NCBI RefSeq assembly: GCF_032191835.1
Contig: NW_026800309.1
Location: 62,001 to 126,000, forward strand
DNA from: Heteronotia binoei
Taxonomy: Eukaryota
DNA length: 64,000 nucleotides
Direction: 5' to 3'
Shown here: positions 34,870 to 46,690 of the stretch, in pieces
Layout: the number at the start of each line of letters is the position of its first letter
How positions within the stretch are numbered: the stretch's first letter is position 1
The notes under the pieces: model-generated
What the model saw: only the letters and a program-made list of their open reading frames with translations
The model's database searches: none
What the model was told of the DNA's origin: nothing
Program-made: the position numbers and the translations under genes

Positions 34870-35814
34870 CTCTCTCTCTCTCTCTCTCTCTCTCGGCTTG
34901 ACTTCGCGAACGAAGATTTAAGAAGGGTGCAGTAGTCCACGTCTGCTGCAGGCTCGCTGGTGGCTGACAAGACCAATGCGGGACAGGCAGGTCCGGCCAC
35001 AGTGGCTGCAGGGAAAAGTCTGATTTGGGGTCGACTGCAAGTAAGGATGCCCGTTGACCGCGGCTAGCCAACTGGGGTGGGGGAGATGAGCTTTGTTTAG
35101 GCCACCTTTTCTAGGCCCCTCTCCGTGTGGAGCAAGCAGTGCTGTCCCTAGATAAGGCTGCTTGGTCGTTCAGGGTGCTGCCGAAAGATGCTTTCGTCTC
35201 CGGGTTAGCATCAGGCGACCAATATCCTGAACCGCCTACATGCAGGATCGGGACTGCGGCTTCCAGTGGCACCTTCTACCTGCTGTTTCGCCCCTTGCCC
35301 ATCGCTGCAGGACTTGATGCGTTGTGGGTTGTGTGTGTGGATATGCCCTTCAGGCCTGCGCAGAGGAATTTTTTAGGTGAAGCGCAGTGTGCGCGGTACT
35401 GGCTCCACCCTTTCACCTGGGGGTCATCTGCCATGGCCCAGTAAGCCGGGACGCCGGCAGCGAGTCCTCCAGGTGGTAGGTGTTACATTAACGAGCTCTA
35501 TCTGCCCGGGTTTGATGTTAGAGTTTTCCTTCTCTTAGGCTGACGAAGTTGGTGGGCCCAGCCTGCCCATCCGGTTATACCGCCGGACAATTCGGTCGCA
35601 CCATGACGTAGCAAACTCTGTGAAAACGGGGGGGACCAGCGAGAAGGTGTTGCTACGGATGCAGTAATGCAGGAGAGGCCATTGCAGTGACCATCTGCCA
35701 GGCATAGCCAGACAGTGACCACGCGGCGTTCACTACACCGGGAGAGGAGAGGCTATGTATTGCGCATGCACTTTCCCTGGGGGGGGTAGGATTCCCAGAG
35801 GGAGCCCCCCCCCC
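34870..35814 (-). mobile_element. Bipartite non-autonomous RTE derivative (5' UTR fused directly to the 3' end, (GA)n tail)
   Basis: 35030-35814 matches the RTE 5' end at 63073-63858; 34870-35030 matches the RTE 3' end at 4195-4335. Confidence 0.88.
35607..35811 (-). ncRNA. HDV-like ribozyme at the RTE 5' end
   Basis: P1 G7/C7; P2 CGTAGCAAC/GTTTGCTACG; P3 ACC/GGT; L3 TTCTCGCT; J4/2 CAGA; long J1/2. Confidence 0.72.
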
Positions 35815-37615
35815 AAAGGGTGATTAACACGTGGAATTCACTGCCACAGAAGGTGGTGGCGGCTACAAGCATAGACAGCTTCAAGGGGGGATTGGATCAA
35901 CATGGAGCAGAGGTCCATCAGTGGCTATTAGCCACAGTGTATTGTTAGAACACTGTCTGGGGTAGTGATGCTCTGTATTCTTGGTACTTGGGAGTAGGGC
36001 ACAGTGGGAGGGGAGGCTTCTAGTGTCCTGGCCCCCAGTGATGAACCTCCTGATGGCCCCTGGTTTCTTGGCCCCTGTGTGACAAAGAGTGTTGGACTGG
36101 AGGGGCCAATGGCCTGATCCAACAGGGCTTCTCTCATGTTCTTATGCGACCCAGAGTGTTGGACTGGAGGGGCCACTGGCCTGATCCAACAGGGCTTTCT
36201 CTTATGTTCTTATGTGACACAGAGTGTTGGACTGGATGTGCCATAGGCCTGATCCAACAGGGCTTCTCATATGTTCTTATGTGACACAGAGTGTTGGACT
36301 GGATGGGCCCACTGGCCTGATCTAACAGGGCTTCTCTTATGTTCTTATGTGACACAGAGTGTTGGACTGGATGTGCCATAGGCCTGATCCAACAGGGCTT
36401 CTCATATGTTCTTATGTGACACAGAGTGTTGACTGGATGGGCCACTGGCCTGATCCAACAGGGCTTCTCTTATGTTCTTATGTGACACAGAGTGTTGGAC
36501 TGGAGGGGCCATTGGCCTGATCCAACATGGCTTCTCTTATGTTCTAATGTGACAACGAGTGTTGGACTGGATGGGCCAGTGGCCTGATCCAACAGGGCTT
36601 CTCTTATGTTCTTATGTGACACAGAGTGTTGGACTGGAGGGGGCACTGGCCTGATCCAACAGGGCTTCTCTTATGTTCTAATGTGACGAGTGTTGGACTG
36701 GAGGGGCCAGTGGCCTGATCCAACAGGGCTTCTCTTATGTTCTTATGCGACACAGAGTGTTGGACTGGATGGGCCACTGGCCTGATCTAACAGGGCTTCT
36801 CTTATGTTCTTATGTGACACAGAGTGTTGGACTGGATGTGCCATAGGCCTGATCCAACAGGGCTTCTCTTATGTTCTTATGTGACACAGAGTGTTGGACT
36901 GGATGTGCCATAGGCCTGATCCAACAGGGCTTCTCTTATGTTCTTATGTGACACAGAGTGTTGGACTGGAGGGGCCATTGGCCTGATCCAACATGGGTTC
37001 TCTTATGTTCTATTGTGACAACGAATGTTGGACTGGATGGGCCAGTGGCCTGATCCAACAAGGCTTCTCTTATGTTCTTATGTGACACAGAGTGTTGGAC
37101 TGGAGGGGCCACTGGCCTGATCCAACAGGGCTTCTCTTATGTTCTACTGTGACAACGAGTGTTGGACTGGAGGGGCCAGTGGCCTGATCCAACAGGGCTT
37201 CTCATATGTTCGTATGTGACACAGAGTGTTGGACTGGATGTGCCATAGGCCTGGTCCAACAGGGCTTCTCTTATGTTCTTACGTGACACAGAGTGTTGGA
37301 TTGGAGGGGCCATTGGCCTGATCCAACATGGCTTCTCTTATGTTCTAATGTGACAACGAGAGTTGGACTGGAGGGGCCAGTGGCCTGATCCAACAGGGCT
37401 TCTCTTATGTTCTTATGTGACACAGAGTGTTGGACTGGAGGGGCCACTGGCCTGATCCAACAGGGCTTCTCTTATGTTCTTATGTGAAACAGAGTGTTGA
37501 CTGGAGGGGCCACTGGCCTGATCCAACAGGGCTTCTCTTATGTTCTTATGTGACACAGAGTGTTGGACTGGAGGGGCCACTGGCCTGATCCAACAGGCTT
37601 CTCTTATGTTCTTAT
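35812..37615 (+). repeat. CR1 3' end followed by ~23 tandem 67-bp terminal units
   Basis: Direct inspection; periodic TGACAACGAG variant units. Confidence 0.93.
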
Positions 37616-37649
37616 CAAATATAGCCAACTTATGTTGACCCTGTATAGT

Positions 37650-37805
37650 TGTCAAGACAAGAGACAAACAGAGGGGTTTGCCCTTGCCTGCCTCTGTGTA
37701 GCAACCCTGGATTTCCTTGGTGGTCTCCCATCCAATGTCTAACCAGGGTTACCTTTGCCTTTCTGAAATCTGATGGTATCAGGCTGGCCTGGGATATCCA
37801 GATCA
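37650..37805 (-). mobile_element. 5S rRNA-derived SINE with Sauria/BovB-like tail
   Basis: Reverse complement reads ...CCTGGTTAGACATTGGATGGGAGACCACC (5S internal promoter) then GGCAAGGGCAAACC. Confidence 0.65.
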
Positions 37806-37814
37806 GGATTGATA

Positions 37815-38090
37815 AAGGGCATTAATGATATTGAATTTATATCCCACCCTCCCCTCCGAATCTCGGAGGAGCTCACAATCTCCTATATCTTCTCTCCCCC
37901 ACAAAAGACACCCTGCGAGGTGAGTGGGGGTGAGAGGACTCTGACAGAAGCTGCCTTCTGTCAAGGACAACTCCTGCCAGAGCTATGGCTGACCTAAGCT
38001 GCAAGTGGAGGAGGGGAGAATCAAACCCGGTTCTCCCAGATAAGAGTTTCGCACAACTACACTAACCAACTACACCAAACTGGCTCTCAG
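37815..38090 (-). mobile_element. Squam3-like SINE
   Basis: Ends AACTACACCAAACTGGCTCT (tRNA head, reverse complement). Confidence 0.75.
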
Positions 38091-38310
38091 TTATCTTAGA
38101 GTTCAGCAAAATCCTCACAGGGGGGTTGAACAGTGAAGCCCAGAATCAAGTATTTTTTTTTTTAGCGGGGGGGGGGGGGGGAAGAAAGAAAAAGCACAAT
38201 AAAATCTAGCCGTTTCGGAGCTCCTGCCCGAAATGAGGCCTGCCCGTGATATTGTTTTGTGTTTGGACCTGTAGGAGGAAGATGACATTCTAGAAGACTG
38301 GTGTCACACC

Positions 38311-39300
38311 ATGCTAAGCCCCAATGGAACCGAGGGCAGGCCTTTCCTCTTCTTCCTCACGGGGTTCTCTGGACTCGGAGTTGGCCGTCAGCTCTGGCTC
38401 TGCATCCCCATCTGCTTCATGTATCTCGTTGCTCTTTCCGGCAACGGCCTGATCCTCGTAGTGGTCAAGCTGCACCCCTGCCTCCACGAGCCCATGTACC
38501 TTTTCCTCTCCATGCTGTCTCTCACCGACCTGGGCTTATCCGCTTCCACCCTGCCGACGGTCCTGCCGATCTACACCTTTGGCTCCAGGGAGATTTCTGC
38601 CGACGCCTGCCTGGCCCAGCTCTTCTTCATCCACACCTTCTCCATCATGGAGTCCTCCGTGCTGCTCGCCATGGCCTTCGACCGCTTTGTGGCCATACGG
38701 CACCCTCTGAGATACGTCTCGATGCTGACCCGCGTGAGGATTGGGGGCATCGGGCTGGCCGTCATCCTGAGAGGGGTTGGGCTTCACGTCCCGGCTCCCA
38801 TCATGCTGAAAAGGCTGCCCTACTGCAGGAGCCGCCAGCTGTCCCACTCCTACTGCCTCCACCCAGACGTGATGAAGCTGGCCTGTGCAGACACAACACC
38901 CAACAGCATGTACGGCCTCTTTGTCCTCCTCTCGACTCTGGGCTTGGACGCCCTGCTCATCGTCCTCTCTTACATCCTGATCCTCCAAACCGTGCTGAGC
39001 ATCGCCTCTCGTGAGGAACGCTCCAAAGCCCTGAGCACTTGCGTCTCCCACATCTGTGCCGTCCTCCTCTTCTACACGCCCCTCATCAGCTTGTCCATGA
39101 TCCATCGCTTCTGGAAGAAGAGCCCCCACCACACCCGCCTCCTCTTGTCCTACCTCCACTTCCTGCTCCCGCCAGTGCTGAATCCCGTCGTCTACAGCAT
39201 CAAAACCCAACAGGTCCGAAAGCAGATCATCCGGTTGTTCCACCAAAAGAATCCGACAAGGCGCAGGATGGAGCCTTTTGGGCTCCCTGCAGAGAAGTAG
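38311..39300 (+). CDS. Class I olfactory receptor, family 51-like, intact (329 aa)
   Basis: LHEPMYLFL, MAFDRFVAIRHPLRY, SHSYCLHPDVMKLAC, KALSTC, PPVLNPVVYSIKT; likely acceptor before 38275; AATAAA ~39417. Confidence 0.97.
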   Translation: MLSPNGTEGRPFLFFLTGFSGLGVGRQLWLCIPICFMYLVALSGNGLILVVVKLHPCLHEPMYLFLSMLSLTDLGLSASTLPTVLPIYTFGSREISADACLAQLFFIHTFSIMESSVLLAMAFDRFVAIRHPLRYVSMLTRVRIGGIGLAVILRGVGLHVPAPIMLKRLPYCRSRQLSHSYCLHPDVMKLACADTTPNSMYGLFVLLSTLGLDALLIVLSYILILQTVLSIASREERSKALSTCVSHICAVLLFYTPLISLSMIHRFWKKSPHHTRLLLSYLHFLLPPVLNPVVYSIKTQQVRKQIIRLFHQKNPTRRRMEPFGLPAEK

Positions 39301-39529
39301 CATAATGGAACCGGGTGCCTGGGAGCCCACCCGCTTTCCCGCTGAGCAGGACTAGAAAGAAGGGCTGGAAATCTGTCTCTGGCTGCTTCAGGAATAAGGC
39401 TTGTTGCTTAGAAAAGAAATAAAAGCTGTTTATTGTAAGGGAATTCCATACTAGATGGGCCAGGCAGCATAAAGGCTTGCAACTATCTAGCTATCTAAGC
39501 TGGGATGGCAGAAAGCATGTCCAGCCCCT

Positions 39530-40960
39530 CATAGAATCCTAGAGTTGGAAGGGACCTCCAGGGTCATCTAGTCCAACCCCCTGCACAAGGCAGGAAACTC
39601 ACAGACACCTCCCCCTAAATTCATAGGATCTTCATTGCTGTCAGATGGCCATCTAGCCTCTGTTGAAAAACCTCTAAGGAAGGAGAGCCCACCACCTCCT
39701 GAGTTGGAAGGGACCTCCATGGTCATCTAGTCCAACCCCCTGCACAATGCAAGAAACTCACAAACACCTCCCCCTAAATTCACAGGATCTTCATTGCTGT
39801 CAGATGGCCATCTAGCCTCTGTTGAAAAACCTCCAAGGAAGGAGAGCCCACCACCTCCTGAGTTGGAAGGGACCTCCAGGGTCGTCTAGTCCAACACCCT
39901 GCACAATGCAGGATACTCAGAAACATCTCCCCCTAAATTCACAGGATCTTCATTCTGTCAGAGGGCCATGGAGCCTCTGTTGAAAAACCTCCAAGGAAGG
40001 AGAGCTCACCACCTCCCGAGGAGGAAGCCTGTTCATAGAATCCTAGAGTTGGAAGGGACCTCCAGGGTCATGTAGTCCCACTTCCCTGCACAATGCAGGA
40101 GATTCACAAACACTTCCCCCTAAATTCACAGGATCTTCATTGCTGTCAGATGGCCATCCAGCCTCAGTTGAAAAACCTCCAAGGAAGGAGAGCCCACCAC
40201 CTCCCGAGGAAGCCTGTTCCACTGAGTAACTGCTCTAATGGTCAGAAACTTCTTCCTAATGTTGAGCTGGAAACTCTTTTGATTTAATTTCAACCGACTG
40301 GTTCTGGTCTTACCTTCTGGGGCCACAGAAAACAATTCCACCCCATCCTCTATAGGACAGCCCTTCAAGTACTTTTCACACATACTGCTGCGAAGACAAG
40401 TCTATAACCATGCATTGGATTTTTCCGACCTAAATGCAGAACTTTACATTTATCTTTGTTAAAATTCATTGCATTGATTTTAGCCCAGTTTTCCAGCCTG
40501 TCAAGGTCATCCTGTATCCTGTTTTTGTCTTCTTCTGTGTTTGCAACCCCTCCCAATTTAGTATCATCTGCATATTTAATAAGCATTCCCTCTATTCCTT
40601 CATCCAAATAATTGATAAAGATGTTGAATAAAAAAGGTCGCAGGACAGATCCTTGAGGCACTCCACTTGTCACTCCTCTCCAAGAGGATGAGGAACCATT
40701 CACAAGCACTCTTTGGGTGTGATCTGTCAACCAGTTACAGATCCACCTAACGGTAACAGGATTCAAACCACATTTTACCAACTTGACAACAACGATAGTG
40801 TGTGGAACATTATCAAAAGCCTTACTGAAATCAAGATAAACTATGTCTACTGCATTCCCCTGATCCAGCAAGGTAGTCACTTTCTCAAAAAAAGAGATCA
40901 GGTTAGTCTGACATGACTTGTTCTTGAGAAACCCATGCTGGCTCTTAGTAACCACAGCAT
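39530..40960 (-). mobile_element. CR1 RT region (40060-40960) with tandem-duplicated 3' ends (39530-40080)
   Basis: QHGFLKNKSCQTNL, YLDFSKAFD, GVPQGSVL, YADDTKL. Confidence 0.92.
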
Positions 40961-41679
40961 TCATGGTGGATGCAGGAAGAGAGAAGGGAAGTGAGCAGAA
41001 AGAAGAAACCCTTGAGACTACTACTTTGGGTAACACAAGGGCAGACAAAAGAGTGGACACAGGAAGGGTCAAAGAGCACCCCCTCTAGCCCTTTACTCTC
41101 TACTGCATTCAATGAAATTGCTGAGCAGTCGGGTTAGAACTGATTGAAGGAAGTCCTTCTTCACCCAAAGGGTGATTAACCCAAGGAATTCACCGCCACA
41201 GGAGGTGGTGCGGCTGCAAGCATAGACAGCTTCAAGAGGGAATTGGATAAGCATATGGAGCAGAGGTCCATCAGTGGCTATTAGCCAAAGTTTATCGTTG
41301 GAACTCTCTGTCTGGGGCAGTGATGCTCTGTATTCTTGGTGCTTGGGGGAGCACGGGGGGGGGGGCTTCTAGTGTCCTGGCCCCACTGATGGACCTCCTG
41401 ATGGCATCTCATTTTTTGGCTACTATGTGACACAGAGTGTTGGACTGGATGGGTCATTGGCCTGATCCAACATGGTTTCTCTTATGTTCTTATGTCTGGG
41501 GCAGTGATGCTCTGTATTCTTGGTGCTTGGAGGGGCACAGGGGGAGAGCTTCTAGTGTCCTGGCCCCACTGATGGACCTCCTGATGGCATCTCATTTTTT
41601 GGCCACTGTGTGACTGGACTGGATGGGCCATTGGCCTGATCCAACATGGCTTCTCTTATGTTCTTATTTATTTATTTAT

Positions 41680-42232
41680 TTATTACGTTCAACTTATATC
41701 CTGCCCTCTCCGCAAGTGGACTCAGGGCGGCTCACAACATCATGTCAATACAATTAAACCAATAAAACACATAAACCATAATTTACATATTTCAATTTTT
41801 AAAAATCATTCTGTGGTGCTGCATCAGTACAATATAGGCGGCTTTGAATTTTCGAACAGCGATCACCAGCATTCTATGTGATGTCCGGTGGCAGCCCTCT
41901 TTCAGTTAAACATCGAAGGCCTGCTTAAACAATTCGGTCTTACAAGCCCTGCGGAACGCAGAAAGATCCCGCAGGGCCCTTATGGCTTCTGGAAGAGTGT
42001 TCCAAAGTTCTGGTGCTGCCACCGAAAAAGCCCTAGATCTTGTCACGCATAACCTGGCTTCTTTTGGTCCGGGGGCGGAGAGTAAGTTTTTTGCCCCTGA
42101 ACGCAGTGCTCTCTGGGGAATATATGGAGAAAGGCGGTCGTGTAGATAGGCAGGTCCCTGACCATAAAGGGCTTTAAAGGTCAATACCAACACCTTGAAG
42201 CGAACTCGGAACACAACAGGTAGCCAGTGCAG
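41680..42232 (-). mobile_element. L2 LINE 3' fragment
   Basis: RVRFKVLVLTFKALYGQGPAYL...RAFSVAAPELWNTLP...FRRACKTELFKQAF. Confidence 0.9.
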
Positions 42233-43240
42233 CTCTTATGTGACACAGAGTGTTGGACTGGAGGGGCCACTGGCCTGATCCAACAGGGTTTCTCTTCTGT
42301 TCTTATGTGACACAGGGTGTTGGACTGGATGGACCACTGGTCTGATCCAACAAGGCTTCTCTTATGTTCTTATGCGACACAGAGTGTTGGACTGGAGGGG
42401 CCACTGGCCTGATCCAACAGGGCTTCTCTTATGTTCTTATGAGACACAGAGTGTTGGACTGGAGGGGCCATTGGCCTGATCCAACAGGGCTTCTCTTATG
42501 TTCTTATGTGACACAGAGTGTTGGACTGGAGGGGCCACTGGCCTGATCCAACAGGGCTTCTCTTATGTTCTTATGTGACACAGAGTGTTGGACTGGATGG
42601 GCCTTTGGCCTGATCCAACATGGCTTCTCTTATGTTCTTATGTGACACAGAGTGTTGGACTGGAGGGGCCACTGGCCTGATCCAACAGGGCTTCTCTTAT
42701 GTGACACAGAGTGTTGGACTGGAGGGGCCACTGGCGTGATCCAACAGGGCTTCTCTTATGTTCTTATATGACATAGAGTGTTGGACTGGAGGGGCCACTG
42801 GCCTGATCCAACAGGGCTTCTCTTATGTTCTTATATGACATAGAGTGTTGGACTGGAGGGGCCACTGGCCTGATCCAACAGGGCTTCTCTTATGTTCTTA
42901 TGTGACACAGAGTGTTGGACTGGAGGGGCCACTGGCCCAATCCAACATGGCTTCTCTTATGTTCTTATGTGACACAGAGTGTTGGACTGGAGGGGCCACT
43001 GGCCTGATCCAACAGGGCTTCTCTTATGTTCTTATGCGACACAGAGTGTTGGACTGGAGGGGCCACTGGCCTGATCCAACAGGTCTTCTCTTCTGTTCTT
43101 ATGTGACACAGAGTGTTGGACTGGAGGGGCCACTGGCCTGATCCAACAGGGCTTCTCTTATGTTCTTATATGACATAGAGTGTTGGACTGGAGGGGCCAC
43201 TGGCCTGATCCAACATGACTTCTCTTATGTTCTTATGTAA
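42233..43240 (+). repeat. ~15 tandem 67-bp CR1 terminal units
   Basis: Direct inspection. Confidence 0.93.
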
Positions 43241-43606
43241 TTGATCAGGGGTCCTGCCAGAAGACAAAGTCTAGTGTAACCTCTATGTTTAGACACAGCA
43301 GACCACAGACTGAGAGGAAATGGCCACTGCGGCATCCATTCACGCATGATCAGACTCTCAGTGACATTTTGCACCGAATTACAATGCCAACAATATATTC
43401 TTATCAAGAAAATACAGTATCACAATATAGTGTCTAAATTCATGTAGAAGTCCCAATTACAATAGCCAGACTTCCAGGACTCTGTGTCAATGTCTCTTTA
43501 GATACCTCTTCCTGTGCTGCAGAGCTCTTTCACTGTAAGCATCTGCAACTTCAATAAAAAATGGTTCCAAGTCCACCTCCTGTTCTAGAGCTGTGCACGG
43601 AGAAGC

Positions 43607-44272
43607 TAGGGTTGCCAAGTCCAACTCCAGAAATATCTGGGGACTTTGGGGGTGGAGCCAGGAGACTTTGGGGGTGGAGCCAGGAGACACTGGGGTGGAG
43701 CTAGGGGGAGGGGGGGAAACGGCACCGGGGAGCTTGGCGAGCTGCCCCGTCTTGGAGTGGGCGACGCCGTTGCGCAGCTGCCACCTCTTCTCCACTCACC
43801 GTGGCTGCTCCTCCGAGATGGGCTCAGGCTGGGCCCATCTTGGAGGAGCAGCTGCGGTGGAATCGGAGTGGGGGGGTGGAGGCGGGCCGGGGGCGTGGTG
43901 AGCCGCGAGTCCGGGTCCTAGAAGGGCCCGGATTTGCGGCTTGCCATGCTCCTGGCCTGCCTCCTCCCTCCCCTTCTCTGGTTTTGCCTCGGAGGCGGGG
44001 CGGGCGATGCTGCTGCGCCGCTGCCACCTCTTCTCCGCTCGCCTTGGCTGCTCCTCCGAGATGGGCTCAGCCTGGGCCCATCTCGGAGGAGCAGCTGCGG
44101 TGGGTGGGGAGGGGGTGGCAGCGGTGCGGCGGCGTCACCCGCTCTGGGATGGGGCGGCTCGCCATGCTCCTTGGCGCCGTTTCCCCCCTCCCCCGCTTTC
44201 GTTTTTTTGGGGAGCAGGGGAAGAGTCTGGAAATCCTGGGGTCCCCTGCCAGGGCGGGAGGGTTGAGAAGCC
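43607..44272. mobile_element. hAT-type MITE with GC-rich internal duplication
   Basis: TAGGGTTGCCAAG start, ...GGGTTGAGAAGCCTA end. Confidence 0.6.
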
Positions 44273-44839
44273 TAGGAGAAGCTTTTTCACAGAAGCCCAG
44301 GCCAAACTTGGGAGAGAAAGAGAACTTGTCCCTTCCAGAACTTCAGGACAGTTTCAGTGTTCTTTCTCTGCTCAGTCTCTCATACTAAACAACCTTTCCA
44401 GATGGAGCCACGGAGTACATGTTTTCTAGTACGAATCAACACATATCTTTCAAGGTCTCTGCAAACCGGATCAGAGACATTTGGCCGGCCACTGTGGTTA
44501 ACAGCAGGAGATGCAGGAATTCCCAGGCCCCTGGGTTTGTTTCTGTCCCACCCAGTGTTCCCTTTAAGCTGAGTTAGTGTGAGCAAGCTCACACATTCTT
44601 GTCTTAGCTCAGGAAGGAGGGCCCCAGAGCACACTAATTGATGCAGGAGCTCACAACATTAATGCCAGAAGCTCACAAAGCAGAATTTGTGCTCACAAGA
44701 CTCTGAAGTTTAGAGGGGACATTGGTCCCACCATGGGCCAAATATCCCACACCTGCCTTCCAATAAGTGTGTGTGGCCAAGAAGGAAGCCTGCATCTCAT
44801 TTGCTTCAGAATTACAGCAGTTCTCTCGTGACTGAAGCC

Positions 44840-45290
44840 TCTGCACCCAGGGAGGGGGCTGCCACCCGGAGGAACTGGGTGGACGCTTTCCTCCTCAGCC
44901 ACATACATCTGAGCTCAGGGCTCATCCCTTCCCAGGGAATGGAAGGACCTGCAGGACCAAGTTCCCTGGCTGGGAAGGGCCACAGAGCCAGCGCTGGCTC
45001 AGATGAGGCTCCCCTGGGAAGTTCTCGCAGCTGAATCAGGAGCTGTTCCCACCATTGTGGGTTTTCTGCCTCCCCAGCTGGCTGAGCCTCCCTCGACTGC
45101 AGCATCTCTCCAGGGTCCCCCCAGTCTATAAACCCTCCCAGCCATCTCCTCCAGAGTGTGCCTGCATCTTCAAGGGTCTCAGGTCCACAGACCACGGGCA
45201 GCACTGTCTTCTCTGAGCTGCCCGGAAGGGAGGGGGACGATGGGAGTCTTGTCCTGGACCATAAGATAATCTCTTCTTTCAGACCATGAA
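44840..45290 (+). promoter_or_regulatory. Putative OR promoter / non-coding first exon (for the 49959 OR)
   Basis: EBF(O/E)-type sites TCCCAGGGA 44930 and TCCCCTGGGA 45010; TATAAA 45127; homologous to 54670-54945. Confidence 0.5.
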
Positions 45291-45364
45291 TGAAGCCCCG
45301 GCGTTGTTTCAGAATGGGAACCTGCTCCAGGGTCCTCTGTCTCTCCAGGGGATTCAGGGAGTTT

Positions 45365-46690
45365 AAAACATGTGGACAAAGGAGACCCGATAGATGTTGT
45401 TTACCTTGACTTCCAGAAAGCTTTTGATAAAGTTCCTCATCAAAGGCTCCTTAGAAAGCTTGAGAGTCATGGAGTAAAAGGACAGGTCCTCTTGTGGATC
45501 AAAAACTGGCTGAGTAATAGGAAGCAGAGAGTGAGTATAAATGGGCAGTCTTCGCAGTGGAGGACGGTAAGCAGTGGGGTGCCGCAGGGCTCGGTACTGG
45601 GTCCCATGCTCTTTAACTTGTTCATAAATGATTTAGAGTTGGGAGTGAGCAGTGAAGTGGCCAAATTTGTGGATGACACTAAATTGTTCAGGGTGGTGAG
45701 AACCAGAGAGGATTGTGAGGAACTCCAAAGGAATCTGTTGAGGCTGGGTGAGTGGGCGTCAACGTGGCAGATGCGGTTCAATGTGGCCAAGTGCAAAGTA
45801 ATGCACATTGGGGCCAAGAATCCCAGCTACAAATACAAGTTGATGGGGTGTGAACTGGCAGAGACTGACCAAGAGAGAGATCTTGGGGTCGTGGTAGATA
45901 ATTCACTGAAAATGTCAAGACAGTGTGCGATTACAATAAAAAAGGCCAACGCCATGCTGGGAATTATTAGGAAGGGAACTGAAAACAAATCAGCCAGTAT
46001 CATAATGCCCCTGTATAAATTGATAGTGCGGTCTCATTTGGAATACTGTGTGCAATTCTGGTCACCACAACTCAAAAAGGATATTATAGCATTGGAAAAA
46101 GTCTAGAAAAGGGCAACTAGAATGATGAAAGGTCTGGAACACTTTCCCTAGGAAAAAAGGTTAAAACGCTTGGGGCTCTTTAGCTTGGAGAAAGGTTGAC
46201 TGTGGGGTGACACGATAGAGGTTTACAAGATTATGCCTGGGATGGAGAAAGTAGAGAAAGAAGTCCTTTTCTCCCTTTCTCACAATACAAGAACTCGTGG
46301 GCATTCCATGAAATTGCTGAGCAGTCAGGTTAGAACGGATAAAAGGAAGTCCTTCTTCACCCAAAGGGTGATTAACATGTGGAATTCACTGCCACAGGAG
46401 GTGGCGGCTACAAGCATAGCCAGCTTCAAGAGGAGGTTAGATAAAAATATGGAGCAGAGGTCCNNNNNNNNNNNNNNNNNNNNNNNNNNNNNNNNNNNNN
46501 NNNNNNNNNNNNNNNNNNNNNNNNNNNNNNNNNNNNNNNNNNNNNNNNNNNNNNNNNNNNNNNNNNNNNNNNNNNNNNNNNNNNNNNNNNNNNNNNNNNN
46601 NNNNNNNNNNNNNNNNNNNNNNNNNGTGACACAGAGTGTTGGGCTGGATGGACTATTGGCCTGATCCAACATGACTTCTTTTATGTTCTT
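45365..46690 (+). mobile_element. CR1 RT and 3' end spanning the assembly gap
   Basis: YLDFQKAFDKVPH, GVPQGSVLGP, FVDDTKL; Ns at 46464-46625. Confidence 0.93.
46464..46625. other. Assembly gap (162 N)
   Basis: Run of N. Confidence 1.

Noticed and set aside
43240-43600. Short ORF segment EPFFIEVADAYSERALQHRKRYLKRH
   Set aside because: Not recognised, bounded by stops and fused to MITE sequence
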